Positions 1-10,902 of a DNA stretch of 64,000 nucleotides are shown here, piece by piece (position 1 is the stretch's first letter; every line of letters begins with the position of its first letter). The notes under the pieces are model-generated. The model worked only from the letters and a program-made list of their open reading frames with translations, had not been told where the DNA came from and made no database searches. The DNA comes from an uncultured delta proteobacterium (GTDB lineage: Bacteria > Desulfobacterota > Binatia > Bin18), in the NCBI GenBank assembly GCA_963733195.1, contig CAVTCR010000007.1, positions 1-64,000 on the forward strand, written 5' to 3'. The translations under genes and the position numbers were made by a program.

Positions 1-445
1 CAATGACTTCTCCATCGCCCGGGATCAGTTCTCCCGCCTCAATGACAACGATATCACCCTTGCGTAAGGTGGAGGCGGAGACTCGCTCTTCGCGGTTGTT
101 CACCAGGCGGCGCGCCGTGGTTTCCTTACGCATTTTTCGTAGAGTTGCCGCCTGTGCTTTGCCACGCCCCTCGGCCACGGCCTCGGCGAAATTAGCGAAC
201 ACGACGGTAAACCACAGCCAGAAACTCACCGCGGCGGTGAACCAGAGCGGCTGAGACTGCGGCGTCGGCGTAATCAGATCGCGCAGCAAGATGAGTGTGG
301 TGAGTACGCTACCAATCTCGACTATGAACATGACTGGGTTCTTGATGACGTGCTGTGGCGTCAGTTTGCGGAAGCTCTCCCAGACTGCCGGCTGCACGAT
401 CTCGGGATCAAATAGTGAGAGTTCTCTTTTCATGGAGTCTGCCAT
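1..445 (-). CDS. kdpB: K+-transporting ATPase subunit B, N-terminal part (runs off the window start)
   Basis: Manual translation from ATG at 445: MADSMKRELSLFDPEIVQPAVWESFRKLTPQHVIKNPVMFIVEIGS...FANFAEAVAEGRGKAQAATLRK...IPGDGEV, the typical KdpB N-terminus, directly downstream of kdpA. Confidence 0.95.
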   Translation of the reverse strand, partial: MADSMKRELSLFDPEIVQPAVWESFRKLTPQHVIKNPVMFIVEIGSVLTTLILLRDLITPTPQSQPLWFTAAVSFWLWFTVVFANFAEAVAEGRGKAQAATLRKMRKETTARRLVNNREERVSASTLRKGDIVVIEAGELIPGDGEVI

Positions 446-446
446 A

Positions 447-2166
447 CTAAAAGACCTTTCCATTTTTGGCCAAGAAGTGCTCGACGATCGGCCCGAGCGA
501 CAACGCCGGGAAGAAGGTAAGCGCCCCGACAATAATGACAACACTGACTAGGAGCACGACGAAGAGGCCCCCGTTCGTCGGGAAGGTTCCCGGCCCTGGT
601 GACACAACCTTCTTGTCAACCAAAGAACCCGCGATCGCCAATGCAGGTACGATCATTAAAAAACGGCCGATGAGCATGGCCAAACCAAGCGTCACATTCC
701 ACCAAGGCGTGTTGGCATTGAGTCCCGCGAAAGCCGAGCCATTGTTCCCAGTTGCGCTCGTGTAAGCGTAGAGAATTTCGCTGAGCCCGTGGGGACCAGC
801 GTTGTTCAAAGAGGACACCCCGTAGGGCGCGACAGCTGACCAACCGGAAAAATAGAGAATTGAGAGTGGAAAGATGAGGATGTAGAGCATCGCCAGCTTC
901 ACCTCTCGGGCTTCGATCTTCTTGCCCAGATACTCAGGCGTGCGGCCAACCATCAGACCGGCAATAAAAACAGACAACAGGACGAAGATCAGCATGCCGT
1001 ACAATCCCGCACCAACACCACCGAAGATCACCTCACCGAGCTGAATGTTCACCAGCGGCACGAGCCCACCGAGTGGCGTGAAGCTATCGTGCATAGCATT
1101 GACCGCGCCGCATGAGGCGTTAGTAGTAACCGTCGCAAAAAGGGCTGAGTTTACCACACCGAAGCGGACCTCTTTCCCTTCCATGTTTCCTGCTGTTTGA
1201 TCCACCGCCAAATTTTGAATTGCTGGATTGCCGGTGGACTCGAAATAATACGCAGTCGTTACGCCCATGAAGAACATCACCGCCATCGCGGCAAAGATAG
1301 CCCAGCCTTGCTTTTGATCCCGCGCCATATGGCCATAGGTGTAGGTCAGCGCTGCTGGTATGGCGAAGATCAACACCATTTCGATGAAATTCGTCAATGG
1401 TGTCGAACTTTCAAAGGGATGGGCACTATTCGCGTTGAAGAATCCACCGCCGTTAGTGCCGAATTCCTTAATGACTTCTTGTGAAGCAACTGGACCCATC
1501 GCGAGAGTTTGCTTGGCACCTTCCAGAGTAGTAAGGTCTACATAAGGCGAAAAGTTTTGAATCACTCCTTGAGAGACCAGGACTAACGCCACCGGAATAC
1601 AGATCGGCAGCAGCACGTATACCGTTGCGCGAATGAGATCAACCCAGAAGTTCCCCAGCGTCCTGGCATCACTGGGCCGTAATTGATACGTCAACCCGCG
1701 AGCCAAGGCGAGAGCGACACCGATACCAACGGCAGCGGAGATGAAGTTATGCCAGGCGAGCCCTGACATCTGCGTCAGATAGCTCATGGTGGACTCCCCC
1801 GAATACGACTGCCAGTTAGTATTGGTCGTGAAGCTCGCCGCGGTATTGAACGCAGAGCCTCTGGACCGGGCCAAACTGCTGCGGATTTAAAGGTAGGACA
1901 TGTTGCAACCGCTCAATCGCGTACGTCACCAGCAACGTCATGCCGCTAAAAAGGAGAAGCGCGATCGTATAGTCCGTCCACTTCTGCTGCTCCTTGGGAT
2001 TGACCCCGCAGAGCCGGTATAGCATTCGTTCAATCGGCCCAAAGAAGCGCGGCATAGGTTGCTGCTCTCCTTCGAAGACACGGAACATATAGAGACCCAA
2101 TGGTTTTGTGATCGCCAGGATCACGAGCGAATAGAGAAGAATTTGAAACCATCCATTTGCCGACAT
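447..2166 (-). CDS. kdpA: K+-transporting ATPase subunit A, split by one frameshift near 1860 (ORFs 1816..2166 and 447..1874)
   Basis: Motifs [70 protein letters not shown]. Confidence 0.95.
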
Positions 2167-2211
2167 TATTGCCCCCTAATGAGAACTCCCTGTTTGCCTC
2201 GCGTTGACCTG

Positions 2212-2301
2212 CTAGAACCGCTCTGGCCGCAGCAGCGCATAGACTAAATAGCCCATCAGAAGAACCGACAGGATGCCGCCAAGTACGTACTCGAGATCCA
2301 T
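2212..2301 (-). CDS. kdpF: K+-transporting ATPase subunit F (29 aa)
   Basis: MDLEYVLGGILSVLLMGYLVYALLRPERF*, with the KdpF C-terminal YALLRPERF motif and a GGAGG-type RBS. Confidence 0.9.
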   Translation of the reverse strand: MDLEYVLGGILSVLLMGYLVYALLRPERF

Positions 2302-2314
2302 AATTCCCCTCCTC

Positions 2315-2398
2315 CTAGAGACGGTCACAGGCCCGCGTGTAGGCCCACGCGACCGCAAAGAAGACCACAGCGATCACTATAAAGACGATATCTGCCAT
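2315..2398 (-). CDS. small membrane peptide upstream of kdpF (27 aa)
   Basis: MADIVFIVIAVVFFAVAWAYTRACDRL* with GGAGG RBS; resembles the extra small hydrophobic peptides seen upstream of kdpF in some kdp operons. Confidence 0.7.
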   Translation of the reverse strand: MADIVFIVIAVVFFAVAWAYTRACDRL

Positions 2399-2560
2399 AC
2401 GCCTCCCTCCGTAACGGACCCCAACCAATGCCCCACGCTTCTTCCTGTCTGGAAATGTGCTTCCCCATAGGGAGGCGGAGGCCTGGCATGGAGACACCGG
2501 ACGCTGCACCTGGGGGAAACGCAACAACCGTTGTCCGCAGGTTCCTTGGTTCCTAAGGTA

Positions 2561-2576
2561 GGCAGTCTTCATGCCA
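2561..2576 (-). promoter_or_regulatory. sigma-54 (-24/-12) promoter for the kdp operon
   Basis: Minus strand TGGCATGAAGACTGCC, GG-N10-GC spacing, ~165 bp upstream of the first kdp ORF. Confidence 0.65.
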
Positions 2577-2640
2577 GCCCCAATGGGACAAAAAATATCT
2601 GCAATTCTACGAGGGTTAAGGCGGCTCACCGGGGAAAACG

Positions 2641-2691
2641 CTCGTGCAAATTGCACGAGCCCGATCGATGTCTCCTTGCAATTTGCACGAG
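2641..2691. promoter_or_regulatory. tandem enhancer-binding-protein sites (UAS)
   Basis: Perfect inverted repeat CTCGTGCAA-A-TTGCACGAG (2641-2659) and a second copy TGCAATTTGCACGAG (~2677-2691), 65-115 bp upstream of the sigma-54 site. Confidence 0.55.
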
Positions 2692-3374
2692 ACTTTTGAC
2701 TTGGGCGCAATACCGAAGAACACGATGCAGTACTCTCATACGTGCTGGAGGTCCAGGCCACGTGCCGCGGATATCACCACAAGCCACACGGGGTCCGGAG
2801 GGGAGGAGAAAGAAGAGGACCGAGGTGGGACAAACAGCCCGGCCATTTTGTGAACAACGGATGAGGCCAACGCCACGTCGTGACAGGGTGGAAAGTCGCA
2901 AGAGGAAACAAGGGAGAAGGCGCTATCGGACGGTTTACGGGCGACGGACCTCACGCTCACCAAGCGACGGGGAGACAAAGGAATCGTTATGACTAAACGA
3001 AATCCCTTTCTATGATTAACGCGAATCCTGTGAAAGAAGTTACGCAATCAAGGATTGATGCGGGAAATCAGCAAGTAAACAGCCCAGCAAGTGCATGGGC
3101 AGTATATACGCTGCCCGACGGGCAGTACGGACCGCCCCGCAGGCACCTTATTAACCACTCGAAAAGTTCCTCTCACCCGATGGCGCAGTCGGAGGCGCGC
3201 CCGCTGACTTACGCACCTTGCCCGCCAAAATCAAAGCCTATAGTCTTCCTCTGCGTCGCCACCAGCGCGTCTCATGCCAGAGGGCAAAAGAACAGGGGAG
3301 CGGAGCATCAGTTTTCCTGGCGAGCGGAGATTTTTTTCTTCTCAGGAACGGAGCGGAAGGGGACAGGGATACGT

Positions 3375-5310
3375 ATGACACGCCAACATTTCTCCAGAAC
3401 ATCCGGGGACAACACGGACGAAGACCCCCCAAGTCATCGCCCCCGATCCACTGACACGCACACTGCCGGTGCACCTCCCCGTGAGTCGCATCCCTCACAT
3501 CTCTCTCCTCTGCTGGTCTGGGCCATCGTGTTCTGCGACATCGGCACCTCGGTCTACTACGTCCCCGGTATTCTTTACGGGCAGGTCGGTTCCCTTGCCC
3601 CGCTCTTTGTCATCTTGACGACGGTTGGGTTTCTCCTGTTAAGCGCGAAGTACGTCGAGATCTCGTGGCGTAATCCGGAAGGCGGAGGGGTGGTCACGGT
3701 CGCGACCAAAGCCTTCAACCCCCGCTGGGGATGTCTCGGCGGCATGCTGATTACCGTGGATTATTTCCTGACCTCCGCGATCTCCTCTGTCTCCGGCATG
3801 CAATACTTAGGGAGCCTGTTCCCCTTTGTGGATGCCCATATCGTCCTGCTCTCTACCTGTGCGCTGCTTCTGCTTGCGGTGGTCAACATTATTGGCATCC
3901 GTGAAAGTGCGGTCTTGTCGCTCGTTATGGCTTGTGCCGCCTTGGTGGTGAACCTTGTCGTCATTGGCGTTACGCTCGCCTTTATCGGGCCGCCGGAGTG
4001 GAGCACGATCCTGCGCCACCTTCGGCCTGAGCATCCACTCCCGCTGTCCGTGTTCCTCGTGGGGTTTGGGAGTGCGTGGCTCGCCTTCTCCGGGCTCGAA
4101 AGCATTAGTCAGTTGAGTCCTGCCATGCGGGCGCCAAAGAGATCTACGGCGCGGAACGGGATGGTGCTGGTCGTGGTCTCGATCCTGTGTACTTCCCCTG
4201 TCCTGACCCTCTTTGCGGTGGCATTGCTGCCGGACACCATTAAGCAGCACGAGACCGAGCGGTTCATCTCCGAACTCGGGGCGCTGTGGGGCGGGTTCTC
4301 CCTTAAAGCCTTAGTCGTTGGCTCAGCTTCTGTCCTGCTGCTTTTTGCCGCCAACACCGCCATCATCGGCGGCTATCACGTCTTTCTCGCGTTGGCGGAC
4401 CGCGGATTTCTGCCCGCAGTCGTGACGTTTCGCAATCGACGATTTGGCACGCCGCATTTCGCTATCGGCGTCGCGACCCTTGTTCCGATGCTCATCCTCG
4501 CCTTCACCGAGGGGCAGCTGACAATCCTGGGGGACATGTACGCGTTCGGGCTGCTCGGGGCCTTTGTCCTCAGCTCGGCGGGAGTGGATGTCATTCGCTG
4601 GCGGGAGCAGCGGCGCGGCGTCGGATTTTGGGTCGGGATAGTAACCACGATCATGGTCGTGGTGGCCTGGTCCGTGAACCTGGTCACGAAGCAATTGGCG
4701 ACGTTCTTTGGTGGCGGGTTGGTCATGCTTGGTATGGGGATTGCCGTTGCCACACAACAGGGACGGTTTGGCGAAGTATTCTACCGCATCCCGTTTGTCG
4801 CCCGGCTCGCCACCCGACATATCTCAGAGGCGGAGCGAGAAACGGAGGATATCCCGAATTTGATTAGCCTGAGCGAAGCGTCAGACATCGTGCCGTTGTA
4901 TCCGTCGCGCACGCTCGTCGCGGTGCGCGGGCCCAATTTGCGGCTGATTAACGAGGCGGTCGCGCGGGAAAAAGGCTGGGGGGGAACAGTGATTTACGCC
5001 CTGTACGTCGAAGAACGCGCGGGGCTGTTTGTCGGGGCGGAAGCGCGGGAGCCCGATGAGGAAGGGATTGCTTCGCTGCGGTATGCTGCCAAGGCGGCGC
5101 AACGGCAGAGATTTGAGTTGATTCCCGTGTGGACGGTGTCCTACAACGCGGCCGAAGCGATCGCCCGTGCGGCAGAAGTCTTGGAAGTAGATACCGTTGA
5201 TGATAGGGGTCAGCCGCCGCAGTGCGATTTACCACCTCCTGCGCGGCCACGTGGTGAACGGCCTCACGCGGCGCTTGCCGGCGAGCTGTCATCTGCTGCT
5301 GTACAATTAG
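3375..5310 (+). CDS. APC-family permease with C-terminal USP-like domain (KimA/YdaO-like K+ transporter candidate); frameshift near 5200
   Basis: ~12 TM segments, DIGTSVYY and EGGGVVTV motifs, AFSGLESISQ; shifted frame gives MIGVSRRSAIYHLLRGHVV...LLLYN* ending at 5310; divergent from kdp. Confidence 0.75.
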
Positions 5311-5928
5311 CGAAGGCATTGTCAACTTATTCGCACGGATGTAAGTATCAGAGCGAGTGAGAGTGGGTCTCACGAATTGTCTGTCCTTAGGCAGCCAAGG
5401 CGGGACTCGTGATTTCCCGCCAGCTCTGAAATCGTTTCTGCATCTCCTGACGATAGGCAGGAGCGGTGAACCGATGCCGGCGCGGGCGGAAGTGCTGCGC
5501 GATGAGGCCGTAGGCCGCGAGGAACCGTTGCGCCTGGCCCGGTGATTTGAACCATTGCATGCGCCGCTCCCGCTGGCGGGTCGGCTGGTGCGAGTTCTCC
5601 ACGATATTATTGAGATAGCGGTGCTGGCGATGTTCCACACTCGGGAGGATCTCGCGCTTGGCGGCCCCGTAGCTCTTGAGTTTGTTCGGTGATGATGACC
5701 CGCGGCACGTACGCTAATCCTGTGAGGAGTTTACGGAAGAACTTCTTCGCGGCCCGCTTATCCCGGTGCCGTTGGACCAAGATGTCGAGGACATTCCCGT
5801 TTTGATCTACGGCCCGCCACAGATAATGGCGCTCGCCTTTGATGGTCAGGAACACCTCATCCATCTGCCACTTGTCCCCGGGCCGGGGGCGTCGGCGTCG
5901 GAGCTGATTCGCATACTGCTAGCCGAAC

Positions 5929-7051
5929 CTCATCTTACGCGGAGCCCTGTACGGGCGTGAGGGTACGTAATGTGGAGAAAGCGGAGCGAAGCGCATTGAG
6001 ATAGAGCTTGGACTTCAGCGCAAAATGATTGAGCTTGGTTCCCATTTTCAACCGCTCCAATTTGATAAAGCCATCCAGCGCAGCAAAGAAATGATTGGTT
6101 TGGGTCGTGACGGTTTGGGTGGGCGACTTCGCCAACGAGACATTCTGTTTGAGCGACTTGTGATAACACTCCACTTGCCACCGTTCGTGATAGGTCGTGG
6201 TCAGGTCCTCAAACGACAAGGTAGTATCACTGGAGACCAGATAGCGAATGCCCACGCTGCCGTCCTCGTTTGTGAAGACTTGCTTGACGAGCATCAGCGG
6301 GAAATCGACTCCTTCGAGATAGATGATCTTGGAGGCGTGCGCTTCCAGCTCCAGCGTGTCCACTCTGGTATACCGTCCCTGGTGTTTGTCGGCCACACTC
6401 AAGGCGACTTTGCGATTAGTCTTGAGGGGACAGATAAAGTCGTGTTGTTGTTCCTGTTTGATGAAAACCAGGGTTTCCGCCGAGGCAAACCACACGTCGA
6501 AGAGCACAAAGCGAAAGGGGAGGCGGTTGGTCACCGCTTGCTTGATCACCTCCTGACACACCGCATTCTTAGACACTGGACTGCGCCGTTTCTCCTTCTG
6601 CGTCTTGGGGTCGGTATACTTCTCGGTCTTGGCCACCAAGTGGAACCCGACGGGCAAACTCACTCCCTGGCTGCTATACAGCGCCGTCAGAAAGTTGATC
6701 CCTTTGAGCACCCGATCTTTGGAGTGGTCATAATGCCAACAGACAATGTCGTTCTCGTCGGTGTACGGCTTCTCCTCGATCGAGTCGTCGATGATCAACA
6801 CTCCCTCCTCGGATTGCACTTCCCGGACCAACGGCTTGACGGTCCGCCACAGATCGGTCGCCGTTTTCTTCGTGCCCGCCAAGTACCGAGTCACTTGATC
6901 GTGGCTGACTTCCCCCTCCAGCAGTTGACTCAGGCCAGTGGCCGTGGTGGCCCCGAACGAGGCCAGCAAGTAATCGGAATATAAATCGGCTATCGATTGT
7001 GCTTTCATACAGGCGAATTTACACCTTTTTCGCTCCCGTCGCGTAAGGTGA
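5929..7051 (-). mobile_element. IS701-like (DDE_5) element with intact 357-aa transposase (5935..7008)
   Basis: IIDDSIEEK, FDVWF, RWQVECYHKSLKQ DDE motifs; IRs TCATCTTACGC / TCACCTTACGC; flanked by a 14-bp direct repeat ACTGCTAGCCGAAC. Confidence 0.85.
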
Positions 7052-8120
7052 ACTGCTAGCCGAACTTACGACACCACTTGCGGATCGCCTTATAGGTCAC
7101 GGTCACCCCGCGTTCCAATAGCAATTCCTCGACATCGCGGAAGCTCAGGCAGGACCAAAAGTACAGCCACACCTCATGGCTAATGATTTCCGTAGGAAAG
7201 CGACGATTCTTAGCGATTTCCGGGAAAAGTAATACCGTTGGACAACGCTGCCGGCCACGATGATCATGCAAACGAGCGACAAAACGAAGTGGAGAACACA
7301 AAGGGCAGGAATCTTGGATGGCAGTTGCAGCTCCCCGGCTCCAGGCCAGTCAGATTCATGACCTGCGCTTGGCCGCCGCGAAGATGACGGGGGCGGCCCG
7401 GCGCGCGTTTCAAGCGGAGATGACCCTGAAATACTGTCACGGCAGTGCCCGGCTGGCAGAGACAATCTTGGGCTGGAGTCGCGAGGCCGTGGAGGTCGGA
7501 TTGGCGGAACACCGTACGGGGCTTCTCTGTGTGGGGGCGCAAGCGGCCTGGAGTGGGCGCAAACGCTGGGAGGAGAAGTATCCGGAGGCGGCCACGGCGC
7601 TGCAAGTGCTGGCCGAAGCGCACGCGCAGCAAGATCCGACGTTTCGCACGACGCTGGCGTATACGCGGCTTACGGCCAAAGCCGCTGGGGAAGCGCTGCG
7701 GGCGCAAGGGGTAGCCGAGACTCAGCTGCCCTCTGCTAGCACTATGGCGGAGGTGTTAAACCGGATGGGCTATCGCTTGCGTAAAGTTATCAAAGCGAAG
7801 CCACAGAAAAAGATCCCGGAAACCGACGCCATCTTTGCCAATATAAAAAAAGGACCACGCGGGGAGGACGCCCCACGGGTCAAGCGTTTGAGCATGGACT
7901 GTAAAGCCACGGTCAAGATTGGCGCGTTCTCGCGCGGCGGGCAAACTCGCGGGGAGTACAAAGCGAGTGACCATGACCTCGGGTGCACGGAAAAATATAT
8001 CCCGTGCGGGATCGTTGACGAAGACACCGCTCAACTGTATGTGACCTTCGGCAGTTCCGCCAAGACGAGCGATTTCATCGTCGATACGCTGGCGGCGTGG
8101 TGGCAAGGGCTCAGCGCTAA

Positions 8121-9048
8121 GAGTCCGTCCAAGAAGTTCTTGAATGAAAGGGGGTTTGTGATTGAAAGGGGGTGGGAAGGAGGAACCACGCATGTGGACG
8201 AGGGAGAACCGCGCTCGTTACAATCGCGACCAGTTGCGATATCCCAGCGATGTGACCGAGGAGGAGTGGGCAGAGCTCGCCCCCCTGATTCCCCCTGCGA
8301 GACGGGGCGGACGCAAGCGGACGGTGAATATCCGCGAAGTCCTCAATGGGCTTTTGTATGTGTTGAGTACCGGGTGTCAGTGGCGGGCGATTCCGACAGA
8401 CCTGCCGCCCCGCAGTACGATCTTTGATTACTTTGGGCGGTGGCAGGCGGACGGCACGTTGCGGCAGATTCATGCCACACTCTATGTGAGGTGTCGGGAG
8501 CAAGCCGAGCGACAGGCGAGTCCGAGTGCGTGTATTATCGACAGCCAGAGTGTGAAAAGCGCGGAAAAAGGGGGGCTCCCATTGATCCGTCGGGCTTTGA
8601 CGCGGGCAAACGGGTCAAAGGGAAAAAGCGCCATGTGTTAGTGGATACGCTGGGGCTCCTGTTGCACGCGCTGGTGCATCCCGCCAACGTGCAAGATCGG
8701 GACGGGGGCATTATGCTGCTCTCTGCGCTCGCGGACCGCTTTCCGCTGCTGGCCAAGCTGTTCGCCGATGGGGCCTATCAAGGGCCGCTGTTTCGCAAAG
8801 CCCTGGCCAAAGTCCGCCCGCAGCTCAAGCCGGAGATCGTCAAACGGAGCGATCAGGCTCACAGGCTTTGTCGTCTTACCCAAGCGGTGGATTGTGGAGC
8901 GGACGATCGCCTGGCTCAATCGCTGTCGCCGGTTGGCCAAGGATTTCGAGAACCGCACCCGCACTGCCACGGCGTTCGTACAGCTCGCCTCTATTCGGCT
9001 GATGTTGCGAAAACTCTGTAATCCCTCCTAAACTTCTCGGACGGACTC
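8121..9048 (+). mobile_element. IS5-family element (IS1031-like), two-ORF transposase
   Basis: IRs GAGTCCGTCCAAGAAGTT / AACTTCTCGGACGGACTC, TAA duplication; [41 protein letters not shown]; slippery AAAAAGGGGGG near 8565. Confidence 0.9.
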
Positions 9049-9137
9049 TAAGGAGCAAGGCGCGATCGAGCAGGTACAGCTCAAGATGGACAACGGCCCG
9101 GAGTAGCGGCGTGCGCACGCAATTTCTCCATCGGCTA

Positions 9138-10347
9138 GTGGTTTTTCCATTTAATTTTTTATCAAAGTGTATTTGCTCTTCAGCTTTTCTCGCGCCATCG
9201 TTTGGGTGAACGTCCAGTTGACCGTCTTGTGAGCTTGATTGCGGCGCCGAGCCCACGCTAGCACTTCGCGTTCTAATCGGGCTTGATCGGCAATCCGACG
9301 GTCCAAGCATTGTTTAGCCAATGCCGCGAATTCAATTTCAGCCATGTTCAACCAACTCCCTTTCTTGGGTGTGTAGTGCAGCTCAAAGCGTTGGGCAACC
9401 GTAAATGCTTTAGCCGGAGCCCAGGCGTGGTAAAACGAGCCGGGGGTGTGGGTGTTCAGATTGTCCTGGACCAGCCGTACACGCTCCACGTGCGGATAAT
9501 GCCGCTGGACGAGATCGTGTAGAAAGTGCGCATAATCCACTGCCGTTCGCTGGGCACGCACTTGCACGTACCGAAACCCCGTCTGTGGTTCAAAGGCGAG
9601 CAGCACACAACATGTGCCGTGCCGTTCATATTCATAATCCACGCGCCGAGGCTGTCCCGGTTCCATCGGCAGCGGGACCAGCACATCGCCCAAGAGTTGA
9701 CAGGGCCGCTCATCATAACAGAGCAGCGGCTGGCGCGGATCATAGGGCCGGGCGTATTGGTCCAGGATGTCTTCCATATGCCAAAGATATTCGCCGGTGA
9801 TCTTCCCTATACACCACCGTTGCTGCAGCCAGGGCTTGAGGGCGTTTTTTTTAGTGCCTGGCGTACGCTCTCTAAACAAATCTCTTCCACCAGATTCATC
9901 TCGATCAACCGGTCTGCGATCAATTGGAGAGTCCATCGCGCGCTCCCCGGTGGCGCTTCCGAACAGGCAATCAGCGCCACGTGTGCCGCTACGCGACTAT
10001 CCACCTTCACGGGTTGTCCAGGTCGGGGGGCGTCCTGTAACACCACCAGGAGGTTTTTGCCTTCATGCTCCTGGGCCTTGCGACGCATCGTGACCACCGT
10101 AGGCCGACTCACCCCTAACACCTCCATAATCTCTTCATCGCTATAGTGCTCGTCGGCCAACAATAAAATGCGGGCGCGGGTGACGGCGCGGGCCGCAGGC
10201 TTGCCCTGTTTGACATACCGCTCTAATTGCTGCCGCTCGCGGACGCTTAACTGTACGTGATACCTTCTCTGTGACATACCTCACTCCTGTCTTTCGCAGG
10301 AAGAATACGTCACCTTCCGCTGTAAAGAAATTAAATAGAAAGACCAC
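9138..10347 (-). mobile_element. IS630-family element (HTH ORF 9807..10277 plus DDE ORF ending 9151)
   Basis: IRs GTGGTTTTTCCATTTAAT / GTGGTCTTTCTATTTAAT, TA duplication within CTAG; DNLNTH and TPKKGSWLNMAEIE motifs; A-run frameshift site near 9845-9852. Confidence 0.9.
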
Positions 10348-10902
10348 TAGTGCAGTTGGTCGAAATCATCGGCAAGCCGATCCAACTCCTCTATTATCCC
10401 CCCTATCACAGCAAGTATAATCCGATTGAGCGCTGTTGGGGGATTCTGGAATTGCATTGGAATGGAGCCCAGCTCATCGATGTGGCGACGATGCTCGAGT
10501 GGGCCAAGCGCATGACGTGGAAAGGAATCAAGCCAATGGTGGAACTGAGTCGCAGAGTCTACGCAAAAGGGGTAACGCTGAGCAAGACCGCGATGCAGAC
10601 AGTAGAAGCTCGCTTGGAGCGTAATCCGCTTTTGCCCAAATGGGACATTTTGATTCGCCCGGCCAGAGCAACGTGAATCGGGATATTCATTTTGAGAAAT
10701 CACCTTATATCGGTTGGCTGGAACTGCAACGTTCATACCGCAACTTTGTTACACTGCGCAGGTATCCAACAAGTTGATAATGCCTTTCTCACTCCTTGGT
10801 AGCGGTCTGTTCTTTGCCCCAAGGGTTCCAGAGTCTCTCACTGCTGAAGGAAGGAAATCTCTTGTTGATGGGAGAGGGGTAGAGGAAAGTGCTGCTGTGC
10901 CC

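Larger units (their letters stand above)
7213..10704 (+). mobile_element. ISAzo13-family element, interrupted by IS5 and IS630
   Basis: Transposase pieces 7318-8120 (RLSMDCKATVKIG), 9052-9137 (MDNGPE..RTQFL) and 10350-10676 (YYPPYHSKYNPIERCWG); imperfect IRs GCGATTTC / GTGATTTC; (C)TTA target duplication. Confidence 0.85.
5315..10784 (-). mobile_element. IS6-family element, disrupted by nested insertions
   Basis: Terminal IRs GGCATTGTCAACTT (5315) and GGCATTATCAACTT (reverse complement ending 10784). Transposase pieces MNVAVPANRYK (from 10736) / NRRFPTEIISH...KWCRKFG (~7056-7209) / DEVFLTIKGERHYLWRAVDQ...NNIVENSHQPTRQRER (5387-5928). Confidence 0.9.

Noticed and set aside
2400-3370. c-di-AMP (ydaO) riboswitch upstream of kdp or the KimA-like gene
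   Set aside because: I could not find the conserved riboswitch motifs by eye; cmscan would settle it
6025-6984. Long antisense ORFs (also 16430..17662, 29157..30233 and 31668..32066)
   Set aside because: Shadows of real genes on the opposite strand with no independent motifs
7318-8427. 369-aa ORF as a complete transposase
   Set aside because: The C-terminal ~100 aa are read-through into the inserted IS5
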